Below are positions 39,434 to 49,604 of a stretch of 64,000 nt of DNA, one piece after another; position 1 is the stretch's first letter, and the number at the start of each line of letters is the position of its first letter. A model generated the notes under the pieces. That model did no database searches, was not told where the DNA came from, and was given only the letters and a program-made list of their open reading frames with translations. The position numbers and the translations under genes are program-made. This DNA is from a bacterium (lineage in GTDB: Bacteria > Ratteibacteria > UBA8468 > B48-G9 > DTJG01): contig JAJYYV010000004.1 of the NCBI GenBank assembly GCA_021800535.1, forward strand, positions 16,007-80,006, in the 5' to 3' direction.

Positions 39434-40453
39434 TTATAATTTTCCAGCTAATTGTCCACATGCGGCTTGTATTTCTGAACCTTTAGAGTTTCTGATAGTA
39501 AATCTAACATGATTATTCAGAATAATATCTGTAAACTTTTTTATTGATTCTTTTGTGGGTGCATACATCTCTTTTCCTTGTATGTGTTGGTAAGGTATCA
39601 AATTTATGCTTGCTTTTAATTGTTTCGCAATATGTGAAAGTTTTATGGCATCATCAATAGTATCATTTATATTTTTGATAAGAATATATTCAATTGTAAT
39701 TTGTCTTCCTGTATTTTGTATATAATCCTGGCATGTTTTTATAAGTGCTTCAAGGGGATACTTTTTATTTACGGGCATTAAAAGATTTCTTATTTTATTG
39801 TTTGTGGCATGAAAAGATATAGAAAGTCTGACCTGCAGTCCTATTTTTGAAAACTGTTTGATTCCTGGAATAATCCCACAGGTTGATACGACTATTTTTC
39901 TTGCTCCTATATTTATTCCATATTTGGAATTTAAAATTTTAATAAATTTTATAAGGTTGTTAAAGTTATCAAATGGTTCCCCCATTCCCATAACTACAAT
40001 ATTATTTATTTGTGTTTTTAAAGAAAATAAAGGATATATAACCTGATTTATCATTTCCGCTGATGTAAGATCTCTTATAAACCTTTTACCGCTGGCGCAA
40101 AATTTACATCCGTATTTACATCCTACCTGAGTGGAAATACATATAGTATTTCTATCATGGGAAGGAATTAAAACTGTTTCTATGAAATTATTATCCTGTA
40201 ATTTAAAAACAAATTTTTTTGTTCCATCAATTGATGTAAAAACAGAATGAATTAAAGGGAAACTTATATGAAAATTTTGTTCTAATTCATTCCTGGTTTT
40301 TTCAGAAATATCAGACATTTCCTTAAAAGATAAAGAACCCTTTTGATATAACCAATGAAATATTTGTTTTGCCCTATATGGTTTTTCGCCTGTTTTTATA
40401 AGAATATTTTCAATTTCTTCAAGGGTAAAATTTTTAATATCTGCTTGTATCAT
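39434..40453 (-). CDS. rlmN: 23S rRNA/tRNA m2A methyltransferase RlmN
   Basis: CISTQVGCKYGCKFC, MGMGEP and AACGQL motifs. Confidence 0.95.
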   Translation of the reverse strand: MIQADIKNFTLEEIENILIKTGEKPYRAKQIFHWLYQKGSLSFKEMSDISEKTRNELEQNFHISFPLIHSVFTSIDGTKKFVFKLQDNNFIETVLIPSHDRNTICISTQVGCKYGCKFCASGKRFIRDLTSAEMINQVIYPLFSLKTQINNIVVMGMGEPFDNFNNLIKFIKILNSKYGINIGARKIVVSTCGIIPGIKQFSKIGLQVRLSISFHATNNKIRNLLMPVNKKYPLEALIKTCQDYIQNTGRQITIEYILIKNINDTIDDAIKLSHIAKQLKASINLIPYQHIQGKEMYAPTKESIKKFTDIILNNHVRFTIRNSKGSEIQAACGQLAGKL

Positions 40454-40456
40454 AAA

Positions 40457-41470
40457 TTATATTAATACTTCTTTATCTGTTTCTAAAGATTCTTTTTCTT
40501 TTGATACTATTTGTAAAGAGGTTAGTATATTATTGGAATTTACGACCTGAAAAGGTTTGTTGGCAATAGTGTGTTCTATTAAATATCTAAGTTTATAAAA
40601 ATATCCGCCAAGGTTTATAGTATTGCCTTCCGGAGTTTGAATGGTTTTTGTTTCAATTAATGGCCGGTCTGTTTTTCCATCTGCATAATAAATTATTAAA
40701 GAGGGTTTATTTCTGGAATTATATTCTACTACTGCTTTTTCAAAAATCCCTGTAAAAGATGTTAAAGAAGGATAATTTCTTGGTAAATCCCATCCACACT
40801 CTGCATTGGCAATGATTCCATCAGAGAATTTATATGTGGTGTAGATATGTTCATATATATTATCAGTTTTTTTGCCTGCAGTATAAACCTTTTCAGGTTT
40901 TTTACCTGTCAGATATAAAAGAAAATCTATATCATGAATATGAATGTCCAGTAGAGGACCTCCAGAGTAATCATTGTTTAAAACCCAATTATCTGCGGAT
41001 AAGAGCGGTTTTGAAGATAATCTTGTAAATGTTATAGATAATAAATTGCCGAATCTTTTTGTATCGTAGACTTTTTTTAGATAGCTATATTCAGGCCAGA
41101 ATCTGATTATATCTCCAATCATTAATCTTATTTTTTTTTCCTGACATTTTTTTATCATTTCTTCTGCATCTTCAATTTTTAATGCAATAGGGTCCTCGCA
41201 TATTATATCCTTTCCGCTTTCTGCTATTTTTAAAACAAATTCTTTATGAAGATATGTAGGTATACATAAATCAATTATTGTTATATCGGGTTTGCTTAAA
41301 AAACTATCTATAGAATAAAAGGGGATAGTTCCTGTTTTTTCAGCAAGATATTTTGCTCTATCCCCTTTAATATCTGCTATACCTGCAATTTTTATGTCAG
41401 GGAACTGTTTATAAACTTCTGTGTGCATATATCCTGTAAAACCAGCTCCAACTATTCCAATTTTTACCAT
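40457..41470 (-). CDS. Gfo/Idh/MocA-family oxidoreductase
   Basis: IGIVGAG, PTYLH and SGGPLLDIHIHDID motifs. The usual EKP motif reads EDP. Confidence 0.85.
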   Translation of the reverse strand: MVKIGIVGAGFTGYMHTEVYKQFPDIKIAGIADIKGDRAKYLAEKTGTIPFYSIDSFLSKPDITIIDLCIPTYLHKEFVLKIAESGKDIICEDPIALKIEDAEEMIKKCQEKKIRLMIGDIIRFWPEYSYLKKVYDTKRFGNLLSITFTRLSSKPLLSADNWVLNNDYSGGPLLDIHIHDIDFLLYLTGKKPEKVYTAGKKTDNIYEHIYTTYKFSDGIIANAECGWDLPRNYPSLTSFTGIFEKAVVEYNSRNKPSLIIYYADGKTDRPLIETKTIQTPEGNTINLGGYFYKLRYLIEHTIANKPFQVVNSNNILTSLQIVSKEKESLETDKEVLI

Positions 41471-41493
41471 TTTTTTATCCTTTCTGTTTTAAA

Positions 41494-41673
41494 GTAAATA
41501 TTCACTGAACCCCATTTATATTTACAGGCACAGAGGCACTAAGGCACATAGGCACAGAGTAAAAACTAAAATACTTTAAATACTTTGTGCCTTTGTGCCA
41601 GAGTTTTGCACTCTTCTTTGTCAAGTAGTAACTTTGTGCCTACTTATTAATACAGGCTTCACTGAGTATTTAC
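41494..41673. mobile_element. MITE-like non-coding element with terminal inverted repeats and internal 8-bp repeats
   Basis: Ends GTAAATATTCACTGAA and TTCACTGAGTATTTAC (14/16 inverted match). Four tandem AGGCACnn at 41526-41557 and three inverted CTTTGTGCC copies. Confidence 0.6.
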
Positions 41674-41700
41674 GTTTTAAAAGAGAAGTGGGTTTATTTT

Positions 41701-43566
41701 TTATTTCCAGATAATACGATATGCAAAAACAGAATTCTTTTTTGCAGCAACCAAGAAATTAGCATTTATATTGGAATCTGCGAAATCAACATTTTTTCCC
41801 AGAGTATATGTCCATATATTTGTGTTATTTTTATTTGGAAAATAAAAATATTTATTCCAAACACCACAATCTGCAAGTAAATAGTTTTTTTGAAAAGAAA
41901 AAAGTGTGGCTTTTTCTCCTGCAACAAATTTAGATATGGATATTCCTTTATTATTATAAACAAAAACGCTATTATTTTGCGTTCCTATGGATATATATTT
42001 ATTATTTGAATGAAATAAAATTTTAGTGGCAGGACTTGCAGGATTTTTTTTCCATAAAAGATTTCCTTCATCACTATAAAGATAAAATTGCCCATTATAA
42101 CAGCTTACAGCTACCATTGAAGCATCAGGACTTATTTGAATATTTTCTATCCAGTCAGGTAATGTTTTTTTCCAGAATAGTGTGTCAGATTTATTTAAAT
42201 AATATATCTTTTTATTTAGTGCATATACCCAGAATTTACATTTTGAACTTATAGATATTCCTTCAATTTGATTGCCGAGTTGTTTGCTTAATATTATTCC
42301 ACTGTCTGTTGCAAGTGTTATTTTTCCATTTAAAGATGCCCAGGCATAATATTTTCCATCAGGGGAGACAGTAACTTTGGTTATTTCATCTGAGGATTTA
42401 TATATGTTTTTTATCCATCCTGAAGAGGAAAAAATATATACAGAACCATTCTTATAACCAACAATAATAGAAGAACCATTATTTGCCATTTTAAGAGCAG
42501 AAACCCAGTTTGATAGGTCCTGATAAGTATATGCCCATACATAAGAATCCACAGGTAAAAGATATGTGGCAGGTATAGATTCTTTTAAAAAATTATAACC
42601 AAATCTTTTAAAATATGTAGGAAGGAAATTATAGTTTGTCATTTTATATTGATAGGTTTCATAAGGGATCTTTTCCTCTTTTTTATATATATTAACCTGT
42701 AAAATATAATTGCTTTCTGCTTTATATAATATTGGCTCAATAATATAGTCAGCATTTAAAAGTTTTATTACTTTGGTTCTATCATCTCTATCACTTATAA
42801 TATTTGCCATTGTCAAATTATTTTCTTGAAGCATTTGGTTAATATCATTTTGCGAGATAATTTGATAATGTTTATTACTTAATATTAAGGGACTTATATT
42901 ATTTTTAAATAGTTCATTTATATTGGAAAAAAAGTTGGGAACATTCACGGTTTTTATGTCCAGTATAAGTATTTTTTGAGGTTTAAGTATTGCTTTTAAA
43001 ATTCTTATTCTTCTGTTTATCTGCCAGATTGATGGGGCTTGACCATAGAAATCTTTCATTAAAATATCTTCTTTTAGTTGTTGATAAACAGAAATAGCAG
43101 AGGTATATAATTTTTCTTCAGTCATAATTTCACCAAGTTTATAAAGATATCCGGCATCTGGAATTATGGATTCTGAAAGATATTTTTGAAAAAATAAAAT
43201 AGCCTGTTTGTTTCTATTATTATCAAGGGCATAATCCCCAAGAATTTTATAAATATAGGCTTGTGGAGTGGCATATTTAAGTATAGAAAGAGCCTGTGGG
43301 GTTCTTGGCCAGCCAGAGGGCCAATTTTTAGGGCCGAAAGGTCTGGACTGTAAAGTTATATCTTCTGCTTTTCTAAGAAATTGTTGCGCTGTTTTTATGT
43401 GCCCCTGAAGCTGGTTTTGGTGAGCTAATCTTATACACTGCCATACAGAAGGGGAAAATATTTGAGATAAATATTTATTCTGGGAATACCAATCAGCATG
43501 AGCAATCTGAGTAAAAAATACTATATTAAATAAACCAACAAATAAAATATAAAAAATTTTTTTCAT
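41701..43566 (-). CDS. Exported protein with TPR-like region and C-terminal WD40/PQQ-like propeller
   Basis: Signal peptide (IAHA/D), helical repeats, and VSPDG / ISPDA / LLWKK blade motifs. Confidence 0.65.
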   Translation of the reverse strand: MKKIFYILFVGLFNIVFFTQIAHADWYSQNKYLSQIFSPSVWQCIRLAHQNQLQGHIKTAQQFLRKAEDITLQSRPFGPKNWPSGWPRTPQALSILKYATPQAYIYKILGDYALDNNRNKQAILFFQKYLSESIIPDAGYLYKLGEIMTEEKLYTSAISVYQQLKEDILMKDFYGQAPSIWQINRRIRILKAILKPQKILILDIKTVNVPNFFSNINELFKNNISPLILSNKHYQIISQNDINQMLQENNLTMANIISDRDDRTKVIKLLNADYIIEPILYKAESNYILQVNIYKKEEKIPYETYQYKMTNYNFLPTYFKRFGYNFLKESIPATYLLPVDSYVWAYTYQDLSNWVSALKMANNGSSIIVGYKNGSVYIFSSSGWIKNIYKSSDEITKVTVSPDGKYYAWASLNGKITLATDSGIILSKQLGNQIEGISISSKCKFWVYALNKKIYYLNKSDTLFWKKTLPDWIENIQISPDASMVAVSCYNGQFYLYSDEGNLLWKKNPASPATKILFHSNNKYISIGTQNNSVFVYNNKGISISKFVAGEKATLFSFQKNYLLADCGVWNKYFYFPNKNNTNIWTYTLGKNVDFADSNINANFLVAAKKNSVFAYRIIWK

Positions 43567-46223
43567 CTATTGTCTCCTGCAAATATAATCCTGCCAAACT
43601 GGTATGGATTATCTATTTTACCTGTCCATGTAACATCTGGTAAATGGTTTGATGTTCTTTGAAAATTTATGCCCCAATAATGGCCTTTACTTATTTTACC
43701 ATCTATATCTTTTAAAGGAATAGACATTTCAACAATCCATCTATTAGACCTGATAGATGTTGTACTTGTCCATGAAGAATTCCATCTTTCATCCGAGCTA
43801 TTATTATTTTTATATCTATAAAATCTCCATACATATGCATATCTGATGATATTTGTGGGTTGAACAGTAAATTGATACCATCTTGATGTGGAATTAGATG
43901 GATTAATGGCAACAGTAAAGAAATCCTGACTATTATAATTTAAAGTATTTGCCTGCGGGTCATAACATACAGCAAGAATATAAAGATTTTGATTATCATA
44001 ACCAGCAAAAACCTTGGTTTGAATCTGGGAAGGCACTCTTTCTTTTTCAATATATATAAATGTATCACTTGCTGTCATATTAGACCAAGGAGTCTCATTA
44101 TCATTCGCGTCCATAACAGGAACCGTTGAGAAATTTTCTGCTATTATTTGTTTATGAATTATTTCTCTTATCCCCTGTTTATTAACATAAAGTTTTTGTT
44201 TTATTTCCGGGATATAATATTCAAAGTTATTTAATACATTCCTGCTATAAAGATATAACCGGGCTTTTGTTCTGATAGGTTCAGTATCTGTCTGGCTTAA
44301 ATCTACAAGAGTATAAAGTCCTTTTTTTACTCCCATTTTTGCAAGAGCCCATGCAGAATTGAGTTTTACTTCAATATTAGAGCTTTGAAGTGTTTGTAAA
44401 AGTTCTGGAGAAGATGAGGTATCACTTAAAAGAGCGAGTGTTTTAATTGCCAACAATTGTATTTTAGGATTAGAATTAAAAATATTATTCCTTGCAATAG
44501 AAATTCCAGAGTTGTTTTCAAGCAAAGCAAGGGCATAAACCGCTGTAACCTGTAGATATGTATCAGGACTATTTAAGTAAGGATATATAAGACTTTCTGC
44601 ACCAGGTGTTCTGGTTTTTGCTGCTGCTATAAGGGCCAATCTTTTTGTTTTTTCTGAAGAAGAAGATAAACAATTTCTTATTAATGTATAGGAAGATGAT
44701 TCTGGTTGATATATAATAAATCTTAATCCTGCATTTTGGACATCAGGATAAGGGCTTGTTAACATTTCTTTTATAGAACCAGAAATTTTACTACTTCTTT
44801 TAATCAGTGATAGTTCTTCTATAGCCTGGATTCTTTGGGAATTATGAGATGAGTCTATCTGTTCTTCCATGTTTCTATTAATTTGTTCAAGGATATTGTC
44901 TGCTGTATTTCTTGCCCGATAATTACTATCCATTCTGGATTCATATACAAGAAATTTAAGGAAAGTGGCATTTGAAGAATCTAATTTATACCATGCTCTA
45001 ATAAGATGTGTTCTTATTTGTGGTTGAGGAGTTCCTATTAAAGATTTAAAAAATTTATTTACAGCATTTGTTTTGGCAGTTCCGATTTTTCCTAAAAGGT
45101 TTAAGGCTAATATCTTAGAATAAATTGGGGTTTCCGGAGAAGAGACAGCAGATTCTAAAAGAGGAATAAAAGCCGGATTTTTTAAGGAAAGGATTGTCTG
45201 GTAGGCAGTCTCTTTTACCAATTCAGAGCTATCAGATAATTTATTTACAATGTAAGAATAAGATGCTATATTATTAAATTTTTCCAATCCCCAGAGAGCA
45301 TATATTCTAACATTTTTATCTGGACTATCAATCTGAGATATAAGAGCATCTACACTATTTGTGTCATTAAGTCTGACTAATGCTTTTATTGTTTCAATTT
45401 TTAATTTTACAGATGGTTCTGAAAGTAGTTTGGCAAGATTTGTAAAACCGGATTTTGATTTCATTTGCTCTAAAGCCCATACAGCCTGTATTTTTACACT
45501 ATTCCATTTACTATTAAGTCCATTAATAATAAAAGGTATTACTGATGGGTCATCAGTTTTTTCCAATGTCCATATTGTGTTAATCTGTATTTCCTTGTTT
45601 TTGCTTGTACTAAGACTTTGAAATATGGAAGTATCAACATTAAGATTATGTTTAAAATTGTACTTGCCCATATCTGAACTTAATAAATGTTGCAGCGCCT
45701 GAAGAATGGCAAGTTGGACTTCTGTATTAGAATCATTAAGATGAGAAATAAGAGTATTTAAAGAATCAGGATTTCCAAATTTTTCAAATCCAACCGCAGA
45801 CCAAAATCTTACCTGCCAGTAGCTGTCAGTAAGACCTGTTTTAAAATCAGATAAGATGTTATTGTTTCTTCCCCATTTTACCAAACTTTTTATACCATAA
45901 AGTCTTACCTGCCAGTATGGGTCATTAAGTTCCTGTTGATATGTGTTTGTAAAAGAATTATCTCCTAATACATAAAGAATTTTGGAAGCAAGAACTCTTA
46001 TTTCTGTTGATTCTATAGAAGGATTAAGCAGGCCCGGGACCTCAGGAACCGCAGAAAAATTTCTCTGGTATAGTATCTGGTTTAAAAGTTCAATTTTTTG
46101 TTGTTTTGTCCCAAAAGAAAACACAGATTTTATATGATTTTCCTGGGCAAAAGATGTAAAAGTACAAATAAAAATAGAAATAATTATAATATAAATAAAT
46201 TTACTTAATCTAAATTTGTTCAT
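43563..46223 (-). CDS. Exported HEAT-repeat protein with C-terminal CBM9/DOMON-like domain
   Basis: Signal peptide (TSFA/Q), many L.D....VR..A..AL repeats, and C-terminal YD.QNLY...W.VEM.IP..WGINF.R. Confidence 0.75.
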   Translation of the reverse strand: MNKFRLSKFIYIIIISIFICTFTSFAQENHIKSVFSFGTKQQKIELLNQILYQRNFSAVPEVPGLLNPSIESTEIRVLASKILYVLGDNSFTNTYQQELNDPYWQVRLYGIKSLVKWGRNNNILSDFKTGLTDSYWQVRFWSAVGFEKFGNPDSLNTLISHLNDSNTEVQLAILQALQHLLSSDMGKYNFKHNLNVDTSIFQSLSTSKNKEIQINTIWTLEKTDDPSVIPFIINGLNSKWNSVKIQAVWALEQMKSKSGFTNLAKLLSEPSVKLKIETIKALVRLNDTNSVDALISQIDSPDKNVRIYALWGLEKFNNIASYSYIVNKLSDSSELVKETAYQTILSLKNPAFIPLLESAVSSPETPIYSKILALNLLGKIGTAKTNAVNKFFKSLIGTPQPQIRTHLIRAWYKLDSSNATFLKFLVYESRMDSNYRARNTADNILEQINRNMEEQIDSSHNSQRIQAIEELSLIKRSSKISGSIKEMLTSPYPDVQNAGLRFIIYQPESSSYTLIRNCLSSSSEKTKRLALIAAAKTRTPGAESLIYPYLNSPDTYLQVTAVYALALLENNSGISIARNNIFNSNPKIQLLAIKTLALLSDTSSSPELLQTLQSSNIEVKLNSAWALAKMGVKKGLYTLVDLSQTDTEPIRTKARLYLYSRNVLNNFEYYIPEIKQKLYVNKQGIREIIHKQIIAENFSTVPVMDANDNETPWSNMTASDTFIYIEKERVPSQIQTKVFAGYDNQNLYILAVCYDPQANTLNYNSQDFFTVAINPSNSTSRWYQFTVQPTNIIRYAYVWRFYRYKNNNSSDERWNSSWTSTTSIRSNRWIVEMSIPLKDIDGKISKGHYWGINFQRTSNHLPDVTWTGKIDNPYQFGRIIFAGDNR

Positions 46224-46293
46224 TTTTATTTAAAAAAAAATTTTGTTATATATAACTTTTATTTTATCCCAAAACAGAAATTTGTAAAAAAAA

Positions 46294-47691
46294 TTAGTTT
46301 ATATTTTTTGTATTTGAATATATTTTTTCTATTTCCTCTTTAAAATCATATGCAACCTGATTAATTGGTCCGGCTCCAATAGTTAAAATAATATCTTCTT
46401 TTTTCACTTCCTTTAAAAGATATTTTACTATTGCCTGAAATGTGGGTATATATTTTGCTTTTATTCCATTTTTTGATATTTCATGGACAAGGATTTCACT
46501 GTTTACTAATTTTTTTTCTATTTCACTATCTCTGACAAAATATATATCAGGAACTATTACTTCATCTGCAATAGAAAAAGAAGAAGCAAATGATTTTAAT
46601 AAAAATCTTGTTCTGCTATACTGGTGTGGTTGAAAAACAACTATTAATCTTTTTTGAGGATATTTTTGCCGGATGCCTTTTAATGTTGCTTCTATTTCTG
46701 TTGGATGGTGTCCATAATCATCTGCAATTATAACTCCATTAATATTTTTTATTTCCTGAAATCTTCTATTAACTCCAGGAAATTTTTTTAAAGAAGCTTT
46801 AATATCTTTTAAGGATATTTGAAGAGTAATTCCAACTGATATACAAGCCAAGGAATTTAAAACATTATGAAGTCCGTATAAATTTGTCTGAAATTTTCCG
46901 ATTTTTTTATCTTTATATATACAATCAAAAACATTTCCCTTTTCAGAAAGAACAATATTATCTGCTTTGATATCTCCATTGTTTATTCCATAAGTTAATC
47001 TATCTCCGGAGTATTCCCTGATTACAGATTGAATATTTTTATCATCTATGTTGGCTATAAGCATTCCTTTGTTCTTTATCTTTTTTGAAAATTCTTTAAA
47101 GGCAGATACTATATCATTTATATCTTTATAATAGTCTAAGTGGTCTTCTTCTATTGCTGTTATAATTTCAATTTCTGGTTGATAATTAAGAAAAGACCTT
47201 TTATATTCACATGCTTCAATTACTAAATAATTACTTTTTCCTATTCCTGAATTTCCCAATCCTGTAATTTCTCCTCCTATAACAAAATTTGTTTCAATTC
47301 CGCTTGAATTTAAAAGATTTACTATAAGAGCGGAAGTTGTTGTTTTCCCATGAGTCCCGGAAACAGCTATTGTTCTTTTTTCTTTTGTTAGTTTACCAAG
47401 TGCTTCTGGATAGGAAATGGCAGAAATTCCATATTTTTTTGCTTTTTTATATTCCGGATTTTCTTCAGTGATTGCCTGGGAATAAATTACAAGGGATATA
47501 TCCTTTGTAATATTTTCTTCTTTTTGCTCATAAAAAACTTCTATACCTGTGCTTTTAAGATTTTCTGTAAGTTCTGTTTTTATTAAATCTGAGCCCTGTA
47601 CTTTTTTCCCTGTGGAATTAAGAATTTTTGCTAATCCACTTGCTCCAATTCCACCTATTCCAATTATATGTATTATTTTTCCTTCAGGCAT
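46294..47691 (-). CDS. murC: UDP-N-acetylmuramate-L-alanine ligase
   Basis: IGIGGIG.SGLA, GTHGKTTT, DDYGHHPTEI and VFQPHQYSRT motifs. Confidence 0.95.
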   Translation of the reverse strand: MPEGKIIHIIGIGGIGASGLAKILNSTGKKVQGSDLIKTELTENLKSTGIEVFYEQKEENITKDISLVIYSQAITEENPEYKKAKKYGISAISYPEALGKLTKEKRTIAVSGTHGKTTTSALIVNLLNSSGIETNFVIGGEITGLGNSGIGKSNYLVIEACEYKRSFLNYQPEIEIITAIEEDHLDYYKDINDIVSAFKEFSKKIKNKGMLIANIDDKNIQSVIREYSGDRLTYGINNGDIKADNIVLSEKGNVFDCIYKDKKIGKFQTNLYGLHNVLNSLACISVGITLQISLKDIKASLKKFPGVNRRFQEIKNINGVIIADDYGHHPTEIEATLKGIRQKYPQKRLIVVFQPHQYSRTRFLLKSFASSFSIADEVIVPDIYFVRDSEIEKKLVNSEILVHEISKNGIKAKYIPTFQAIVKYLLKEVKKEDIILTIGAGPINQVAYDFKEEIEKIYSNTKNIN

Positions 47692-47693
47692 TT

Positions 47694-48767
47694 TTATCTA
47701 ATCAATTTTATACACAATTCAGCAAAATTACCTTTGGTATCTGCAATATTAATATTTTTAAAATTTAATTTAAATTCTTCAATATTTTCTTTTACTTTTT
47801 CAATTAAATCAAATAATTTCTGTGGGGTTATCTCTTTTTCTTTTATTACAACACAGGCTTTTTTTTCATCACAATATCTGCCATTAAAAAATTGATGTCC
47901 TCCTGCAAATTTGAAAGGAATAAGTATAGCCGGTTTTTTTATTGATGTAATCTCAGCTATAGTTCCTGCCCCGCATCTGCTTATTATAATATCAGAAATT
48001 TTCATAAAATCATAAATTTTTAAAGAAAAATCCGTAATATAGCAGTTAATATTAAATTTTTTATAAGAATTTTTTACATTTTCAAAATCTTTTTTGCCTG
48101 TTATATGAATAATTTGATATTTTAAAGGATTTAGCAAAGGAATAGTTTTTATTATAAGACTATTGATAAATTTAGCTCCCTGGCTTCCGCCTGTAACAAG
48201 TATTGTGGTTTTATTCTCTTTTAGATTTAAACTATTTAAAGAGATAGAACTTTTTTCAGAATAAAATTCTTCTCTTATAGGAAAACCTGTAATATAAAAT
48301 TTTTTCTTTAAAAGATATTTTTGCGTTTCTGAAAAACTTAAAGCTACAGGTGCTCCAAAGAAATTAAGAATCTTAGTTGTAATGCCGGCAACATAATTTT
48401 GTTCATGGATTATAAGATTTTGTTTTAACATAATGCCAGCTAAAATTGGTATTGCTGTGGTATAACTTCCAAAACCAACAATAAGATTGGGTTTTTGTTT
48501 TTTTATAAGAAGCAGAGAAACAATACCTACATATATTAATTGAAAAGGAAATAAAAAAAAGTTTAATTTTTTTGGTCTTTTTATAACAGGTATTTTAATA
48601 AATCTAAAATGTTTTTCTTTCCAGATTTCCAGATTTTTAATTTTTTTTTCTCCTGCAAAGATAATTGAAATTGAAGGTGAAATTTTTCTGATTGTTTCTG
48701 CTAAAACCGTTGCGGGAATATAATGTCCACCTGTAGAACCCACAATAATCAATATTTTTTTATTCAT
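47694..48767 (-). CDS. murG: Lipid II GlcNAc transferase MurG
   Basis: GSTGGH, HEQN, TGGSQGA, SRCGAGT and HQ..N motifs. Confidence 0.93.
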   Translation of the reverse strand: MNKKILIIVGSTGGHYIPATVLAETIRKISPSISIIFAGEKKIKNLEIWKEKHFRFIKIPVIKRPKKLNFFLFPFQLIYVGIVSLLLIKKQKPNLIVGFGSYTTAIPILAGIMLKQNLIIHEQNYVAGITTKILNFFGAPVALSFSETQKYLLKKKFYITGFPIREEFYSEKSSISLNSLNLKENKTTILVTGGSQGAKFINSLIIKTIPLLNPLKYQIIHITGKKDFENVKNSYKKFNINCYITDFSLKIYDFMKISDIIISRCGAGTIAEITSIKKPAILIPFKFAGGHQFFNGRYCDEKKACVVIKEKEITPQKLFDLIEKVKENIEEFKLNFKNINIADTKGNFAELCIKLIR

Positions 48768-49480
48768 TTATTTTTTTGCTTTATTGCCTCATAACAGAAA
48801 ATAGATGCCGCAATAGCAACATTAAAAGATAAAGATGCTTTAGCCATAGGAATAGAAACTTGTAAATCTGTATATTTTAATAAATTTTGATGAATTCCTT
48901 TGTTTTCTGAGCCTAAAATAATACCTAATGGAAAAAGAAAAGAAGTTTTAAAAATACTTGTTCCTTTATTTAGAACAGAACCCATAATCCAGTATCCATG
49001 ATTTTTGGCTTCAATAATTGAATATGTAAGATTTGAGACTCTGCATATATCAACATAATTTTCTCCACCTTCAGCCACAGCTAAAACAGTTTCATTAACT
49101 TCACATGCTCTTTGTTTTGGTATAATAATTACAAAATCACCAAGACATCCTGTAGCTCGTATAATACTTCCGAAATTTTGCGGGTCTGTTATATTATCAA
49201 GAAAAATCAGAACAGGTTTTTTATCATCGGCTAAATTTATTATTTCTTTAAATGGCATGTATTGAAAATCCTTAACCTCAGCAAGTATTTTAGGTGTTCT
49301 GTTTGAAAATTTTTTAAATTGTCCATCCGGTATATGTTTAAATACAACTGGAATATTTGCATTTTTTATTTCCTTTAAAAGATTTTCATCATTAAAATCT
49401 TTCTGACAGAATATTTTTTTTATACTTTCAGGATTTCTTTTTATTCGTTCAAAGATTGAATTTTTACTATATAAAAACAT
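48764..49480 (-). CDS. TrmH/RlmB-family SPOUT RNA methyltransferase
   Basis: LDNITDPQNFGSIIR, GSENKG and SFNVAIA motifs. Confidence 0.88.
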   Translation of the reverse strand: MFLYSKNSIFERIKRNPESIKKIFCQKDFNDENLLKEIKNANIPVVFKHIPDGQFKKFSNRTPKILAEVKDFQYMPFKEIINLADDKKPVLIFLDNITDPQNFGSIIRATGCLGDFVIIIPKQRACEVNETVLAVAEGGENYVDICRVSNLTYSIIEAKNHGYWIMGSVLNKGTSIFKTSFLFPLGIILGSENKGIHQNLLKYTDLQVSIPMAKASLSFNVAIAASIFCYEAIKQKNK

Positions 49481-49604
49481 TTTTATTTTCTCCTATTTTT
49501 TATGAAACTATTAAATTTTATCATAAATTTTCAAATAATATATTTTATAATAAGTAATTGACATGGCAGAATAGTTAATATATAGTTTATTTGGGAGAAA
49601 AATT

